This document shows, one piece after another, positions 36,601-48,600 of a DNA stretch of 64,000 bases (positions within the stretch are counted from its first letter, which is position 1; every line of letters starts with the position of its first letter). The DNA comes from Phoronis australis. Its lineage: Eukaryota > Animalia > Phoronida. The stretch lies in NCBI GenBank assembly GCA_002633005.1, contig NMRA01000272.1, forward strand, positions 124,001 to 188,000. Direction: 5' to 3'. A program made the translations under genes and the position numbers. Under the pieces are notes generated by a model. That model ran no database searches. It saw nothing but the letters and a program-made list of their open reading frames with translations, and was not told the origin of the DNA.

Positions 36601-39600
36601 TATAAGGATCTACTTGCCCAGTTATCTATGTGCACTGTCTGTATGAGTTACTATATAACTATATATAAGGATCTACTTGCCCAGTTATCTATGTGCACTG
36701 TCTGTATGAGTTACTATATAACTATATATAAGGATCTACTTGCCCAGTTATCTATGTGCACTGTNTCTTTAACTACTGCAATGTTCTGTTTGTTTTGCAA
36801 CTTGTGTTACATTTCAGAGTTTTTTGTTAGATTTATTCATTCTGTTTTCCATTTAAAAAATTGATATTTGGTTTCCACAATGCTTTTAGGAATTTTTGAT
36901 TACTTGCTAACTTAGAATAAAAAACAAGGATAACAAATTGTAATTCTAATCTTCTATGTTTCAGCCAGTCCTGTCTACAATGTGTTGTGCAGGATCTATA
37001 TGCCCAGTTATCTATGTGCACTGTGTTTATGAGTTACTATATAACTATATATAAGGATCTACTTGCCCAGTTATCTATGTGCACTGTCTGTATGAGTTAC
37101 TATATAACTATATATAAGGATCTACTTGCCCAGTTATCTATGTACACTGTCTGTATGACTATATATCTTGTGGTTTTCAAGGCTCATTACACCTCAGTTG
37201 AAATGCTGGTTCCAAGTCATCTATGTTAGATGACCTGTCCATATGCTCCCAACTTGTTCAACTTATAAAATTAGCTGGAACATATTAGTGCTTCAAAGGC
37301 AGCTAATGACCACTTAATTTTTGGTGGCACATGGTCTTAATTTACGGAATATGATATTCTGTGTCAAATTCGCAGGAGGGCAATTTTCTGCTTTGCATAC
37401 AAAGGAAATGTGTTGAAAAGAGTCCCCCTTCAGCAAGAGTCGGCAATAATGTTTGTGATTTCTTTGATTGAGATCCATTTACAGCACATTTCAAAAAATA
37501 ATGTTTATGTCTTTCCAAGTTGTGTAGTTGCGCGGAAGTTAAAGTAAAAGTGGTAAAGTGATAAAATTTATTTGACTTTTTATGCTGTGAAAGTTCACTT
37601 GTTTTCAACCCGAAGAGTTTGTGTTCAGTAGGAATATTTCTGCATATTCTTCCTCCACATCACAAATCCCAACCTCCTCGAGGTATATTTGATTTTTTCC
37701 ATCTGCTTGATGTTTTCATAATATTAGTGATAATTGTTGAACATTTAACATAGTTGTGGTGAGTTGTAGTGGTCTGTCATTAGGACCACTCAACTTGAAC
37801 TGCATCATGGATCAGTCAATCTAATCATGTCAAATTGTTCATTTTGTTCATTATTGTTTACTTCACTGTGTACTCTGTTGAAATGCTGTGTTTGTTAGGG
37901 ATAATCTTCAATCTCTTTTGCTGTCAATGTAAAGACAGACTTGCTGCTGAGGTTTATGCTCCACACAATAAGTCTGGGTTTCTCTCTTGTTTGTTCAGTG
38001 CCATTATGTGTATGCATTAGCAGATTTACTGAAACATTTTCTCTTTCATCCTGTTTTTGAGATTTTGTCACCAGCAACTAATACTAAATACTGTGTTTGT
38101 TCAATTAAACTGGGGCTGTATGTGGTGTAGAGGTGCTAATGACTGCCACTTCATACAAAGAAGACAAGTTGTGTGATGGTTGATGTATTTTTCCCTGTTT
38201 AGCTGGCTAAAATACGAAAATCAAATGAGGCCTTTTGTTCTCTTAGAATCAGTCTCACAATATTTCTTAAGGTGTTAGAATTCTATTACTGTTATCGAAA
38301 AGAACACGATCATCAGCGACTCAATAAAATACTTCCATGTTGCAAATTCCAAAATGGCGCAGTACACATTGCCTGTGACAGTAATTGGAGACGGCAAAAG
38401 AATCCTGTCATGACAAGGAATATTATGAGACTGATATTATGAGTGTAAAATGCCTAACGTAAAGTTTTAACTTGCTTGAAATACCACCTCTCAACTCCCA
38501 TGTCTCATACACTACCAATACCGCAGTTGTATTCACACTGTTACAGTGGTTATGTTAACCTCTCGCTAAACCAACCTCTCAGAGTTCAGCTTTTAAATAC
38601 TGGGTTTAAAGCATTCAGGCCGAGAATTATAATCACGTTATATCAGTTTTAAAAGTTATAACCAATTTGGTGTGAACGGTACATAAATTTCAAGGCAAAA
38701 TGGGAACACTCTATTATCCATGGTGCATTACCTATACACCCAGCACCAGAAAGCCATAATTTATTGCTAAGCTGTGTTTAGTGTCTCTAGCCAGAATTAT
38801 TGGTTTCTGACAACATGAACTGTGTCTAACTAAATAAGTTCATGGGCATGGTTTGTCAAATATCCGGCGAACTTCATGAGACACAATATTGAGTATTTAT
38901 GATTAATTGAGTGTTTTCCATCGTCAATGGCTTTGGTCATCCTCATGGGGATAGTGAGATGGACTTGCAGTTTCCGCCTTTGGCCACGTTCTATAATGTA
39001 ATGGCATAAATGTCAGAAAGAGGCCACTGTTTTACATCTTGGTTCATGACCCTGTCGCCCTCTTTCGTAATAAATTGACTTTTGCATAATCAGGGTTTTC
39101 TCTACGGTATCATGGCCAAGAATTTCAGTATTATCTTGTACATGATTGGGTATAGGTAGCACATAATGGAAACTTTAACAAATTTTGTTTTTTAACATCC
39201 ATATACTGAAAATCGTAATGATACACTTAATGTTCTTAATCTTTATTTTTGTGGAGAAATTTAACAAAATCAAGGATATTCCTGACAAGGTTTGAACCTG
39301 TGCCCTTAAGGCGCACCTGATGATAAAAATTGTGCCTGTTTTCAAAAAGTTGTGGTCAGCGGACTTCTTAGTGTAACTGAAGTGGTGACTTATGAAACAA
39401 AAAACCCAAGAGCTATTGAAATTAGAACAAAGTCATTTTCGTGTAAAAGTTGCATTTTTATTTAAAAATTCCATACAAAAAGGCAATCTGACAAAGACTT
39501 CAAACAGACTGTTCAGCTGTGGTGGAATAAGAACACAGTCTGTGTTGTGTAAAATCTGACATGCCAAATGAAAAATCAAGCATTCTGAGAAGGTCAAATA

Positions 39601-42600
39601 TTGGAAAATCTAAACAGCCTGGTCTCATTTTAATGTAATGTGTGACCTATATATTGCCGGCTGGCTGCAAGTTGACTAGAATCTTGCAATTTTGGAAGAG
39701 TGTTGCGAGGGGTGGGGGGGTGGGCACAATGCTGCAATACACTTGTGCCTTTTCAATATTTTACACGCTAATAGAGCAAAGGCGTGGTCCAAGAATATCC
39801 CTGCAAAACCTAATTGCAGGTGTCAGCCGTACTGTGTGCTAAGTAAGTGACAAGTTACCCTAGCTTGAATGGTAGGTACTGAAGAATTATTTGTTAAGTT
39901 CTGAACATAGAAGAAGGATCTGAAGTCTGACATCTGAGGTCTGTTTCATGGAAGACAACTTAAGTCTTATGTAAAAATTTAGTCTTACACAACTATTTTG
40001 GAAAATAATTGGCGGGGGGGGGGGGGNGGGGGGGGAGGCTTGGTTTGTCTCCAAACTGGTGTAAAAGAACATCATCACTTGGGAATTTTGATGAGAATAA
40101 CTGGTGGCATTTCCTTTGTTATTGTAATGCTATTTATGGTTTTCAAACTGTCACTGAACAATAAACATGCTTTCCTGCAGGTTAATCACTCACAGCTTTC
40201 AGTAAACTTTCTGTGAAATAAAACTCAGAAAAAAAAGTGATTGAAGTATAATGTCTGGGCTTGTAAATTATGATTCTGTCTAAAGTCTTGGGAACAAAGG
40301 TTTGGGAACAAAAAAGATGGGAGAATTAGTAAAATGTTGACGGAATAATTTGGTTAATTCACTGTGCTACATGCCAAAAGTATTCAGACAAAATCACTCG
40401 AAATTCCCTGTTGTCATTACTGGGTGGAAACTGAATTCATCATCAGAGTAGTCTCCCCTGATCATGATGACAGAGAATGAAGAGAAATTAACAGGAAAGT
40501 TAATAAGGTGGCAAAGGCATTCTGTTGTCAGCCATGTTTGCTGTCAACAACATTGGGCGTAATGACAAAACGGTCTTTTATTGTGTATTGTATCCATTCA
40601 CTGCTAACTCTCCTCTTGAGATTTCTATCTCAATTTTCTTTATAACTTCTATGAAACTGGAGTACTTTGACGTTTTTCATTTTGAAAAGTTTGTGTTCTG
40701 CATGTGGATTCCTCAAGCTTGGTGATATTGAGTATGAAGGCAGGGTTTCATTTGAATATTATTTGTCAACTTTTGCTGTACTCAGGTATCAAAACTCAAA
40801 GGAGCAAGTAGTTGAATTCTGTAAATGTGTTGCAGTAATTTTTCTTGTTTCAATTTTACAAACCATACCGAGACTTCATGTACCTGCACCTTGATTTTTG
40901 GCTATTTTAACAACTTTGCAATTTGATACACAAAAAATGCTAAAATTGTCCTCTTCCTATTTTTACATACTTATACACTGCTGCAAATGCTCAAAAGCTC
41001 ACCAAATATTGTTTAGTGGCCGCTATGCCATACAAACCATGCTGTAGACAAAACGACATTTTACTAAACTTTATTATTGTCAAAAAATTTGATAAAATGA
41101 AATAATTCCAGTTGTCTGAGGTCTTGTGTAATAAAATTCAGGACTTGCTACAGGTTTGCTTTGTTTTTCTCGTTAATCGGAGAATTTTGTTTATGATGTA
41201 GTGAAACACTGATTACATGTGATTGTTAGTGATATATCCACAATACACATTCCTCTGGTAACGGACACTATCAGTTTTTACACTGAAAAACGCACAATTT
41301 CGGAGTTATTACTGAATGAAAGTTATAAACTTTGACTAGAGTTGTAAAACAATGAATATGTTGTGTTTTTGTGATCTAATTGCAAATCAACAATTCTGGC
41401 CATTGTCTGCCAGACATTCGGTGAAATCGAAGCTAGTGATTTTACCTGTTAAATGCACTTAAAATACTCTGTCATATACTGAATGGGACTAAGGTCAGTG
41501 AGTAGAGTGTTTGGCTGCAACACAAGACATTTAGATTTGATTCACCGCTGGGACAGATCTCATAACAAGGTCTCACTGATAGTGCCCCTAAAATCTAGTT
41601 AATTTCAGCTTAGATTACCTTACCTCATGAAAAAGTCAGATAATGTATCCCTGTGTATCTCATGTATGGGTGGGCCTGAATTACCTGAAGAGAAAGATGA
41701 GATGAACCAGACAGAGAAGTTAAAAACATACCTGTCCTGTAATTCCACACGTCATTAAAAATGCAAACAATGAGTAAAAGTCATAAAACTGTAAAGGAGA
41801 GTTTGGAGTTAAAGCGAAATACAACACAGAATGAGATAGAGAGAAACAACGCAGACACAGGCTTTTTACTGCTGTCCTGAGGCCTCGAGGATATATAAAC
41901 ACAGATAGCAATTACAAGTGCAGGATAATAGTAACAAATGACACCCCAGAAATGAAACTTGAGCTACAGCTGTATATGATAAAAGCATAGTATAAAAAAA
42001 TGAGTCATAATGAGTCGCTTGCTGGTGAAGATCTAATACATCAAAAAGTTGGCGGAGGGCAAACAAAATTGCAGCTTCTGTTATTATAGTTGATGTGGAT
42101 ATGATAGATGAAGGTAATTTATTTATTGAAAGTTAAACCTTTGTACACTGTTTTTACAGGGTGGGCGGCTAGTACTTGACACCAATTCATGTTGCCCATC
42201 ATGTATGTCTGAGAAGAGCACTTGTCACTACAATGGAAACACTTACATGGTGAGTTTTACTTGCTGATGTCATCAATGGGAATTTTGTTAAAGTGGTGGC
42301 ATTGTTGACACTTGCTGTTTGACCTGACTGGAGATATACTTTTGTGTGGCAGTGAAGCAAAGAGGATCACTGTTGACTTTATGTTGAAGGGAATCTGTAT
42401 TAATGGCGACCTATAGAGATGTGCCTACGGTCTCCCAAAGGTTTCCCAAAATGCAGGGTATGGTAAAAATTCTTTAGTTTGGGATCCTGAAATTCAATCC
42501 AAAATAGAGTTTTTTTAGTTTGAAGATTGGGACTTGTGTAGTTTGCTATTCATTGTGTTTCTCATACTACCCGATCTATATCTGTGTCATCCCGTGAACT

Positions 42601-45600
42601 TCTATTTTCAAATCATTTATCCACTTAATCACATAAATAGGAGACCAGCAAGGTAGTGCTACTTTAGTCTTTCATTCTTTGTTATATAATTTGCATTGAG
42701 GAAGTTTTGGAAAGTAAACTATGAAAGGAATAAAATATGTTAACGTTTAGACTTTTTCTTGCATGCTGATATACCTCTGTACACCGATGCTTTTACTCAT
42801 CACAGTGGTGGTGATTGTGATGCTGTGCTGTACAAAATGGTTTTGAATTGATGCCACATGTTATTATTGTTAACCCTCATTTATCTGTTTTTTCACTTTA
42901 CTAGAAGATGTGTTTTGTTTTTCCAGGATGCTAGTGTTTGGAATCCCGATCCCTGCGTCCAGTGTCGGTGTACCAGTGGTGATGTCAAGTGTTCTAACAT
43001 TTCATGCCCCGTTAGTTTGTGTGCAGATGGACAGGTGGCGCAACATGTTCCAGACACATGCTGCCCTAAGTGTGTGAACAGTGGAAGTAAGCTGGAAAAT
43101 TTTATCTCAGAAAGTGTTTTTATTTAAGTGTCATGATCATTTGACTTCATTTGAATGTAGTATATTAAACCAGTGGCTTTAATATACATGATAACAGAAG
43201 TCGTTCAAGAAGTATTTATTGAAATTTTAGCCCAGATATGACCATGATTTCTGACTTAGATAGATTCACACAAAATTATGTTGATATTTACTTTTGTAAA
43301 AATATTTTTTTAACCAAATGACATATATACATATCTCAAATGATGAATGTTCTATTTGCTTCACTAGCGTTTAACTTTCCATGTGAAGGATGTAACGTGG
43401 GTGCTGTACCCATATGGCTTTTTCTACATTCCAGGAGAGTGTCTCTATGATGGTCAAGCCCATATCGATGGCTCTATATGGCAGCCTTTACCTTGCGTGC
43501 AATGCCTGTGTAAGGATGGCCAGTCTGTGTGTTACACTGCCCAGTGTCCACCTTTGGACTGCCACCAGGTCAGTAGCCATTATTATCTTGATTGGTATTT
43601 GTTATGTACTTATTAGACAGTCGTATTTATCTGTGACTTCTTAAGTTGTAGGGATTTTGACATGTACTTCGTGCATGATTTCCATTACATGTCTTTGATA
43701 TTTACAAAGATTCACTCATGCGATATAAGATCTTTCTTCATACATCTAAGTGTTCTCAGTTTGCAAAAACATTCACTGACAAAAACTGGTGTTTTTTATT
43801 AAAACACAGTGTAATGAATTGGAGTTGATCAGAAAAAATGACAATTTTGAGGGCTGTTTCTACACCGGTGAAGGAGCTGGCCATGCTAAGTGAAATCTCA
43901 GTCTTGTCAGATCTGATTCTGACAAAGCGCTGTGATCAACCTGATTTCCTTGTCCTATGCTTTCATTAACTGGATACGTTTCTATTCTTCACATGGACAT
44001 TGACCAGCGAGTTATGGTTAATTCCTAAGTACAAGTTATTTAAAAGTAGAGCAGAACATCTTGGGCTGGCAGTAACTGGTTCGTACAATGGGTCTGTGCA
44101 GGTGTGATGCACTGTAAAAGTAAATGGACTGCCTACACTCTTTTTAGGTCATATCTTTCCTTTCTTTTCATATTTAATCTGTATCCTGTTTGCAGAATGA
44201 TACTGCTCACATAACAGATGGTCAGTGTTGTCCCCAGTGCCGTGCTACAGAGTGTAAGGATGACCGGGTCAGTTACAGGGTGAGTTGAAGTTTTGGACTA
44301 TTGTCACATCTACAGAACTAGTGGTCACTTGGTAATACATGTAAATATAGCGTGAAATCTTGCCAGTGTTGGACACAATATGGCAGACAAGAGATATTGA
44401 TTTTATTGCTTTTTCTTAAAAGACAATTTGTATAAATTGATAATTTACCAGTTCCAAATTCCATGCTAGAACTACTATTGAGACAATATTTTGAAAAACT
44501 GGGCATTCACAGGAAAATTGAAAACGAGGCAAGTTAGGCAATTGTTTTTGTCTGTAATGAGTTAGGTTTTACCATGAGTCTCAGCGCTGTGAGCATTTGT
44601 TTTTGAATTGCGTATTGGAATATTGACCGTTGCTCTGTTGTGAATTTCGGAAATGTCAAGATTTCAAAACCTTTATTTGAAATTCAGCACTTTATGGTAA
44701 CTTACCTCGAATATTGTCTAAAGAATGAACTGATGCTTTTTGGGAGGAAGCTCAGCTGAATGATCTGTTTGTCTACTGTTGGTCTCATTATCTTGCTGGT
44801 CTATTTCAATCGTCATGTTTAATAACATACAACATGTATTTGGCTTAGCTTTTGCGTCAATAGAGATTCAACTAAGGTTGTGTGACCTTAATGAACACAC
44901 TGTGTACATTCTGTCGTACTAAACATTATCTAGTATTGTAAGAACATCATTTTCTCACCATAGGACGGTGATTCATGGCACACCACTAACTGTACTCAAT
45001 GCATGTGCCGCCTGGGGAAAAGTGTGTGCCAGCCTATAGAATGTGAGCCGTGTCAACCCCACCAGCGCCCCCTTAAGCAGGGTGACAGATGTTGTCCTCT
45101 ATGCATCTCGACAGACAGTGTGTGTTACCACGGAGGGGGTACATATTACCACGGACAGATGTGGAGCACTGCTAGCTGTGAATACTGTAGCTGTGATAGG
45201 GGAGAGGTGCGCTGCCATACTGTAACATGTGTCAATACACCCTGTACTAAGGTAAGGTATGAGAGATGAAAGTTACAAAAGACATCTTCTATCGTTTGAC
45301 TGCAGTCAGTCAACATGTGTGTTGTTCTTTTTCAGTTTTGTGTGTTCATGTACACTGCTTTTGCTCACACATATCTCAGTGTATCGGAATTCATTGCACC
45401 TTACACACTGTGAGTATTGTATTTTTCTAAATAATGTTATTCACTTCTAAGTGGTTGGTGTTCAGAAAGACGACTGTTAGAGTGAAAGGGTGCATCACTT
45501 ATTTGATAGTAATTGTAAACTTTGACTTTTGTTGGTGAATAATTATAGGCCCGTTCATGCAAACCTTTTTGTGGAATGTTTTACAGAATCTTGAACATTT

Positions 45601-48600
45601 ATGGCACCAACACAAAAATTGCGGAATTATTACCTCTCTTCACATGTGTAAAAATTTTGCTGAAAAAGTCCAAAATGTATTCCATAAAAGATGTGTAAAA
45701 AAGACCTGCCTTTTTTATTTGACACATACTTAGACTACTCAATAAATATAGTTATTCTTGATTTCTTTTAGAATGAAATTTTGACTCACAAAGATGGAAG
45801 GTGCTGCCCCCAGTGTATGTCACTAAAAATGTGCGATGTGAACGGCTCTTTGGTGAAGGTAACTACACTTAGAGTATGTGTTTGTACTCACTGTTGCTGT
45901 TGTCATTATCTACTGTGGCAGTGTTTGGCAGCTTCATAAGTGTATACTTAGTGAATGTTGACGAGAAGTTGGTTGTAGACACCAGTGACCTAAAGTCGTG
46001 AATATAAGCATAAAAAGCAGCTGACTGTCATGCTACCCATTGTCCATTACCATGTCATGGACTTATATCAGCCTTCACAAATATACGTGTTTTGCCAATC
46101 TTAACCCTTGTTTGTCTCCGTAAGCAGAGTTTTGAAATGGTCGCTCATATCGCCGGCCATTTTGAATAAGGCCTGAAAGTCGTGACCATTTGTTTAGACA
46201 TAAATGCACGAAGTGAGGCCACACAAATCAACTACAGTGCTTACAGTTACTCTAGACGACATAAAAACGCATTGCATTGTTTATTAATTCAGTTTCAATT
46301 GAAATAAATTGTGTTTTGCATCCAACTCCGATGTGAAAAGAAGTTTTCCATGAGGTTGTTTACGTAAAACGACAAGAATCCAGCATCAATTATCTCTCTG
46401 TATTTTATTGCCTTACAAAACTTGATCGACCCTGGAACATTTTGATACATTGTTCAAGCCACCCCTGAAGCGCGTGTTACAGCAAATCTGAACGATGTTT
46501 AGCTTCAAAAATATATTCTGAAAATGCACAATAAGTGGATTAATGAAATATGCTGTTTTAAGATACATTTGTAAAAAGAAGCCACCCACTCACTGTTTAT
46601 AATCATATTGTGAATATCAACACGTCTGGGTAACTATGTGTTTGACGTTCGTAAGCAGACGAACACTGGAAACTTCAACACCAGATGTCACCGGGACCGC
46701 GCAGAAGCGGAAATAAGATCGTTCACGACTTTAGCGCACTCACGACTTTAGGACTTCCAATGGTACAATTTGTAGAACGAGGACCCTAAGCTATTCTTTT
46801 TCCCAATCAGTGGTGAAGTATAAAAACAAACACACTAGTGCAGGCACACAGCTTCAACTGAAGGAACATGTATATGGCATCAATTTTAACTGAAGGAAGG
46901 TGTATAGAATACATATACATATATATATGGTATTTATACAAGTGTGCTGTGCTATTATCTTTATGCCTTGAAGAATTTTTGGAAACAATTGACAGCTGGG
47001 GCCATTGATAAGCTTTTCCATGTACAGTGTGAGTGTCGTATTTGCAGCATGGTGATAGTTGGCAGCCTGTTGTCTGTACTCTGTGTCTGTGTGAAAATGG
47101 TGTGATAAACTGTTACACAGCCTGTACTACAGGGTCTGTCAAACATGTGCATCGTCTTACTGTTGTATTTGTAGCCTGGTGATAGTTGGCAGCCTGATGA
47201 CTGTACACTATGTCTGTGTGACGGTGGAGTGATATACTGTTACTCATCCTGTACTACAGGGTCTGTCAAACATGTACAGTCATGCAGTTCAGGAACATGT
47301 AAATCTGGTGAGTTCAGTTTTCAAGGTTTATATACATTTTCTTTGTTTTGATTTTTTTAGATGTGTCTAACATTCATTATGTTGTTTTTATAATTTTTGA
47401 TAAACATTCCTGTGTATCTTCAAATGTAGTAGCATTACTGTACAGCTCCATAACATGAAGCAACAATAGCCTAGAGTAATATGAATGTAATGTAATGCCC
47501 AACATTTCAATGTAAACTAGTAATCATCTTCAGTAAACTGAGACAATTGAAGAACATTTGAGGATGGCATTATAGTTTAAGTTCCCTGCATATTCACATA
47601 TTTACCAGAATTTCAGTTTAGAAGAACTCTTTTGTAAAGATAGCGCTGCATGTAATGATGCAAGTTTCCACTCCTTATATGTTCTGTTGAAAAGTTCCAT
47701 TAACAATTAACTGCCTGATAGTTTCTGCAATAGGTGGCAGTCAGGTCTTAGATCGCCCGTCAGTTTATACAATAGTTGTCCCAAACACATGGTAGCAAGA
47801 AAACTAAACAAAGTCAATAATACAGGTGCCATATTCAAGTCACCAGCTTGGGCAATTATTGTATAAACTGAAACCTGATGTAAGATCTGTCTGCCGGCCG
47901 GTTGGATGGACTATCAATTAAGGCTATCAGGTATAGCTAGAACGTTGTTTCCAAAAGAACATGTCTTAAAGAAAATTTGCTGCCCAAATACTCTGACTGC
48001 TTATATGCAAACACTTTTTATCATAAGTGGAATAACAAAACTGGTAACTGTGAATAATTGGATGTGATCTGAATAACACAAACCACAAGTATGTTTACTT
48101 TTGAAGGAGCAGCTTCCTTTGTTTGAGTTCTGTCTGCCCTCTCCACACACGAGGCTGATTTGGCTTGTACACATAATAGTTCACTTAAATTTCTGTTCTA
48201 AATACCCTGATCAATGAATGACATGGCTGAATGGGAGAAATGTAATCTAATTATGTCCAAAAAGCGTTGTAACAATGAAATTATTGTAGCCACGTGCAGC
48301 AGTCAATGTGTCCAGTGTTCCACGCACCATGTCTGTGAGAAGTGCAAGAGGGGATATATGTTACACAAGGGCGAGTGTGTTGACTCGTGCCCTGCAGGAT
48401 TTTATGTGGACTTGTTTCATGTGTGCCAAGGTATGTAACACTGTGCTGCCATCTATGTCACACTTCAAGGGTGTGAGACAAGTACTGTAAATTCTTCACT
48501 TATTTCACACACAAATAATTGGCAAAATGGACATTATTTGATTTTTCAAAGGCGGACTACAATGTTACAGAAGATGAATGTTTTACTAAATGTTGTTTAT

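Noticed and set aside
36412-36864. 150-aa repetitive ORF (DLLAQLSMCTVCMSYYITIYK)n and CRISPR-like periodicity
   Set aside because: It is a 63-bp minisatellite with near-identical units, no unique spacers and no cas genes; the ORF is a by-product of a stop-free unit and crosses an N
39307-39632. Second Kolobok-like element bounded by TTAA
   Set aside because: Terminal inverted repeats too weak to support the call
40014-40035. Poly-G tract as a G-quadruplex element
   Set aside because: It contains an N at 40027, marking a contig join, so true length and context are unknown
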